A stretch of DNA of 64,000 nucleotides, taken from contig CARNVA010000002.1 in assembly GCA_949031345.1 (NCBI GenBank), forward strand, positions 44,532 to 108,531. Direction: 5' to 3'. Both the position numbers and the translations under genes were made by a program. The number at the start of each line of letters is the position of its first letter. Position 1 is the stretch's first letter. This document shows positions 60,697-64,000 of the stretch, piece after piece. Below the pieces are notes generated by a model that did not search any database, had not been told where the DNA came from, and saw only the letters and a program-made list of their open reading frames with translations. Origin of the DNA: an uncultured Eubacteriales bacterium (GTDB lineage: Bacteria; Bacillota; Clostridia; Christensenellales; UBA1242).

Positions 60697-61449
60697 TTAC
60701 TTATCTTCACTCGAATAAAAATCAAAAGCTTTCATGATTTCATTCAAATCTTCTTTTGGATTTATCGCTTCTTTTAAATCAAAACCATTTGATTGAATCT
60801 TCATTGATCTTGGCTCTTCCTCTGGAGGCTGAGTGTTTAAAAATTTATCAACTAAATTGTCATAGCTGTCATTTTCATTAAGCTCCATTTCAACCACAGG
60901 TTTAATTAAAGAAGGTCTTTCTTTTTCTCTAAACTCAATTCTGTCCGCCCTTTCGATTCGCACTTCTTTTGTATTTTCCTGCACTTTCTTGCCCTGCATC
61001 TTACTTAATAAAACTCTCATAGGGTCATTTTCTGTGCCTGTGCCAATTATCTCTTCTTTTTTTGCTTGGGTGCTTTGCAAGATTGTTTCAATTTCAGTTG
61101 CAAGCTTTTTATAAGAGCTGTTTACTAAAACACCAGGAAATCTGAAATTCAAATCTTCTAAAAAAGCTTGAATATGGTTGTAAACCATACGCAACTGTTC
61201 ACCTCTTAAAACTTCAATATTACGACTGCCTTCAGCTTGCGCTTTCTTATATGACTCAAGCATCTCAACAATTTTCTTGCCTCTATTTTCAATTTCTTGC
61301 GACTTATTTTTCACTTCCAAAACTTTCTTTTCGGCTTCCAAAACTTTAAGTTTCTCCTCCATTAAAGTTTTTTCATATTGCGCTTTAAGCTCTGAAATAT
61401 ATTTATCCACTTCATTTTTGTTATAACCATAAATATCTGTTGAAAACAT
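60697..61449 (-). CDS. DivIVA-domain protein
   Basis: N-terminus F..DIYGYNKNEVDKYISEL followed by coiled coil. Confidence 0.75.
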   Translation of the reverse strand: MFSTDIYGYNKNEVDKYISELKAQYEKTLMEEKLKVLEAEKKVLEVKNKSQEIENRGKKIVEMLESYKKAQAEGSRNIEVLRGEQLRMVYNHIQAFLEDLNFRFPGVLVNSSYKKLATEIETILQSTQAKKEEIIGTGTENDPMRVLLSKMQGKKVQENTKEVRIERADRIEFREKERPSLIKPVVEMELNENDSYDNLVDKFLNTQPPEEEPRSMKIQSNGFDLKEAINPKEDLNEIMKAFDFYSSEDK

Positions 61450-61459
61450 AAAAAATCTC

Positions 61460-61948
61460 CTATTTAAGAGTAAAGTATTTTACAACTAATAATATCACAC
61501 AAGCAAGCACAATTGCAAGAAAAATCGGAATTGAAATTATATTTATTAAATAAAATAGAAGTCCAATAGAGGCGAAAAATAGCGAAAAAGAAAGAATTAA
61601 ATGATATGGCTGCTTAAAAAAGTAGAATATAAATAAGGAAGATATACAAAAGGACAACATTATAAATACAGGATATAGATATATTATATTAAAATATAAG
61701 CTATAAAAATAAAATATTCCAATCAAAAATAAGGTCAAACCAAAATAACAACTGGAGTCAAATCTAAACAAAATGCCTTTCAATATCAAATGAAATCCTA
61801 TACAGACGCAAAAAATAAAGAACCAATAATCATATTGGTTTAAATAAGTAAAGGCAAATATGCTTCCGCCTATAAAAATAACAATATTTAAAATCATTGA
61901 CATAAGAAGCCAGGTTGACTTCTTTATGGATAAAATTCTTCCTCTCAT
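61460..61948 (-). CDS. hypothetical polytopic membrane protein
   Basis: 162 aa with 5 hydrophobic helices. Confidence 0.5.
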   Translation of the reverse strand: MRGRILSIKKSTWLLMSMILNIVIFIGGSIFAFTYLNQYDYWFFIFCVCIGFHLILKGILFRFDSSCYFGLTLFLIGIFYFYSLYFNIIYLYPVFIMLSFCISSLFIFYFFKQPYHLILSFSLFFASIGLLFYLINIISIPIFLAIVLACVILLVVKYFTLK

Positions 61949-61977
61949 AATTCTATTATTTCTTATGACGAAATAAA

Positions 61978-62934
61978 TTATTCCAACTTATCTTGCTGAT
62001 TTTTGTCATTATCTAAAGAATTATTTTTATCTTTCAAAACATTTTCCGATTTATCTGCTGCAGTATTATTATTTTTCGATTTAAATTTCAATATCTTCTT
62101 TTTCTTTTCAGTTTTTTCTGTATACCCTTCTTTTTCATAAAAAGGCTTAAGCTGTTTTATTGATTTAATTTTTCCCATACTATACAACAAATAGCTTGCT
62201 ATCATAAAGCAAACGCCAAACACAAACAGCATTACTGATAAAAATTGAGATACTTTCATATTACCAATATATAAACTATCACCTCTGATAGTTTCAATCA
62301 AGCCTCTTCCAAGCCCATATATTATCAAATAAAGACACATTAAAGAGCCTCTAAAATTTAGTTTATCCTTTCTTATAAGCACCATCAAAATAGCAAATGT
62401 TGCAAAATTCCAAATACTTTCATAAAAGAAAGTTGAATAGTGCCAAACGCCCTTTATTTGTGTAGCAAAAGGAAACCATTGCATTGATGGATTTGTAACC
62501 TCTATTCCATAACAACAGCCTGCAAAATAACAACCTATACGCCCTATTGCCTGACCTAAAATTAAACTTGGTACAGCAACATCAGCAACATCTAAAAAGT
62601 TTTTCTTGTGAATAAAACAATACAAAACTACACCAATAGTGCCACCAATTACACCTCCATAAATTGCCATTCCGCCATTCCAAATTTGAAATATTTCCCA
62701 AAAACTATGAAAGCTATCAAGACTGAAAAATACATAATAAAGCCTTGCCCCAACAATAGCAAGTGGCAAAGCGTAACAGGCAACTATGATAAGGTCATCT
62801 GTTTTAAGACCTCTAAATTTAGCATTTTTACAAGCTACAAAAACGCCTAAAAACATTCCTAATGCAATTAAAAGCCCATAAAAAGATATATTCAAACCAA
62901 AAATGGTAAACGAGTCATGATAAAATCCAAACAT
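61978..62934 (-). CDS. lgt: prolipoprotein diacylglyceryl transferase with K/N-rich C-terminal tail
   Basis: GGMAIYGGVIGG, GQAIGRIGCYFAGCCYG and GRGLIETIR motifs. Confidence 0.92.
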   Translation of the reverse strand: MFGFYHDSFTIFGLNISFYGLLIALGMFLGVFVACKNAKFRGLKTDDLIIVACYALPLAIVGARLYYVFFSLDSFHSFWEIFQIWNGGMAIYGGVIGGTIGVVLYCFIHKKNFLDVADVAVPSLILGQAIGRIGCYFAGCCYGIEVTNPSMQWFPFATQIKGVWHYSTFFYESIWNFATFAILMVLIRKDKLNFRGSLMCLYLIIYGLGRGLIETIRGDSLYIGNMKVSQFLSVMLFVFGVCFMIASYLLYSMGKIKSIKQLKPFYEKEGYTEKTEKKKKILKFKSKNNNTAADKSENVLKDKNNSLDNDKNQQDKLE

Positions 62935-63179
62935 ATATATATAATATCACCTATAAAGCAAAATTGTCAAATAATAATATAAAAAACAACCACTTAGTAA
63001 TGCTTTTAAAACTATATTTATTTTATAAAACAAAATTAAACAAAATTAAACAAAAAACAAATCGCCTAAACTAGAGCTATTATTACTCACACTTGCGATT
63101 TGTTTTTAGTAAAGGACCATTGTCACTTTACAAATATATTATAAGCAATTTCTATGATAATATACATATTTTAATAAAT

Positions 63180-64000
63180 TTATAATTTATTGCAAAGTTT
63201 CAAAATTTCATTGGTCAAATATTTCTCTTGAGCATCACTTTCTTCATAGCATAAAACGATAGTCTCATGATTGCCATTTTCATAAGAATGTGCAAAAGCC
63301 AAGAGTTTTTGAATTACAACCTTGGTCTTTGGTGCATGCTCATCATCAAAATCATTTTCAAAGTTGAGGTCAAGACATCTTACAATATCTACTATGTCTG
63401 TGATAAAAAGCATCACATTTTCCCCTCTATCAGCCAAATTATAAGCATATAATATGGCGTCAATGACCTTGTTGTAACTTATATCTGGGTTTGTTCCATA
63501 CACAGTTGTGAAATTGTCTCTTGTAAGAAAACTGCTGAGCTTTATATCATTTTCAAATGATATATTCACACCTATAGTTATTAAATGATAATTATTTTCA
63601 CTGCAATAATCATGAAGTCTTTCAAGATTATCATTTTCAAAAATAGGCTCTTGCAATTTAAAAGCATTTCTTCTGCCAAGTTTTATATTTGACTCTGCGA
63701 ATGGAATGGTTGCATTAGCAATAATTTCTTTTCCTAAATCTTGATAAGAAGCATTATAATCTTCTGGATTTTCTCCATTTATCTCCAAGATTTTTGAAGC
63801 AGCAAACTGGTTTTCTTCTCCAGAAAGCCTTTTTGCCTCAACTTTTACATAATCACCCGTTTCAAGCATGTCAAAATACATGATACTATCTTCCAAAAAA
63901 ATAGCTTCATTTGTTGCCAAATCAAACATTCTTGCAATATCATTTTTTCTTACAATACCTTCAAAATTATAGACAGTTTCGTCAATTTCATCTACACAAG
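63180..64000 (-). CDS. Rho-like protein with degenerate ATPase motifs (N-terminus outside window)
   Basis: The frame stays open to the window edge. IMYFDMLETGDYVKVEAK..QFAASKILEINGENPE aligns with the Rho RNA-binding OB region. The RecA-like part lacks GxxxxGKT. Confidence 0.5.
   Translation of the reverse strand, partial: CVDEIDETVYNFEGIVRKNDIARMFDLATNEAIFLEDSIMYFDMLETGDYVKVEAKRLSGEENQFAASKILEINGENPEDYNASYQDLGKEIIANATIPFAESNIKLGRRNAFKLQEPIFENDNLERLHDYCSENNYHLITIGVNISFENDIKLSSFLTRDNFTTVYGTNPDISYNKVIDAILYAYNLADRGENVMLFITDIVDIVRCLDLNFENDFDDEHAPKTKVVIQKLLAFAHSYENGNHETIVLCYEESDAQEKYLTNEILKLCNKL

Noticed and set aside
63030-63110. Tandem ACAAAATTAA duplication and long-loop hairpin CAAATCGC..GCGATTTG
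   Set aside because: A two-unit AT-rich duplication next to what is most simply a bidirectional terminator between lgt and the Rho-like gene. Nothing further is supported.

Overview
AT-rich (roughly one-third GC by eye) chromosomal core region of an endospore-forming, low-GC Firmicute (Clostridia-like). About 90% of genes are on the minus strand. Content is mainly housekeeping: tgt, rny, serS, argR-recN-spoIVB, thiI-iscS, pheST with a Phe T-box leader, asnS, clpXP-tig, gap, rpiB, obg, nth, lysS, pnp-rpsO, relA-recJ, dnaG-sigA. Sporulation genes are spoIVB, spoIIAA-spoIIAB-sigF, spoVAC/D/E and yunB. There are seven tRNA genes: a solo tRNA-Leu and a six-gene operon. I saw no rRNA, CRISPR array, IS element or prophage.

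Observations worth a second look:
1. A GT80-like (PM0188/Photobacterium-type) sialyltransferase homolog split into two ORFs by a one-base frame break. It is inserted with a Tyr/Asn/Gly-rich lipoprotein gene between sigF and spoVA.
2. A perfect 17-bp-stem palindrome whose arm recurs next to an XerS-like recombinase gene. The copies bracket a non-canonical (eukaryote/archaeal-like) serS and a tightly coupled unknown gene.
3. A dispersed intergenic repeat, ATAACATAATAG(C).
4. A promoter-to-terminator sRNA candidate.
5. A tRNA-Leu whose anticodon reads AAG.
6. A RelA/SpoT homolog with a degenerate hydrolase domain.
7. A Rho-like protein lacking a Walker A motif.
8. A membrane-anchored PadR-like regulator.
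9. An orphan encapsulated-ferritin-like gene.

All calls rest on reading the sequence and on family motifs recalled from memory. No searches were run.
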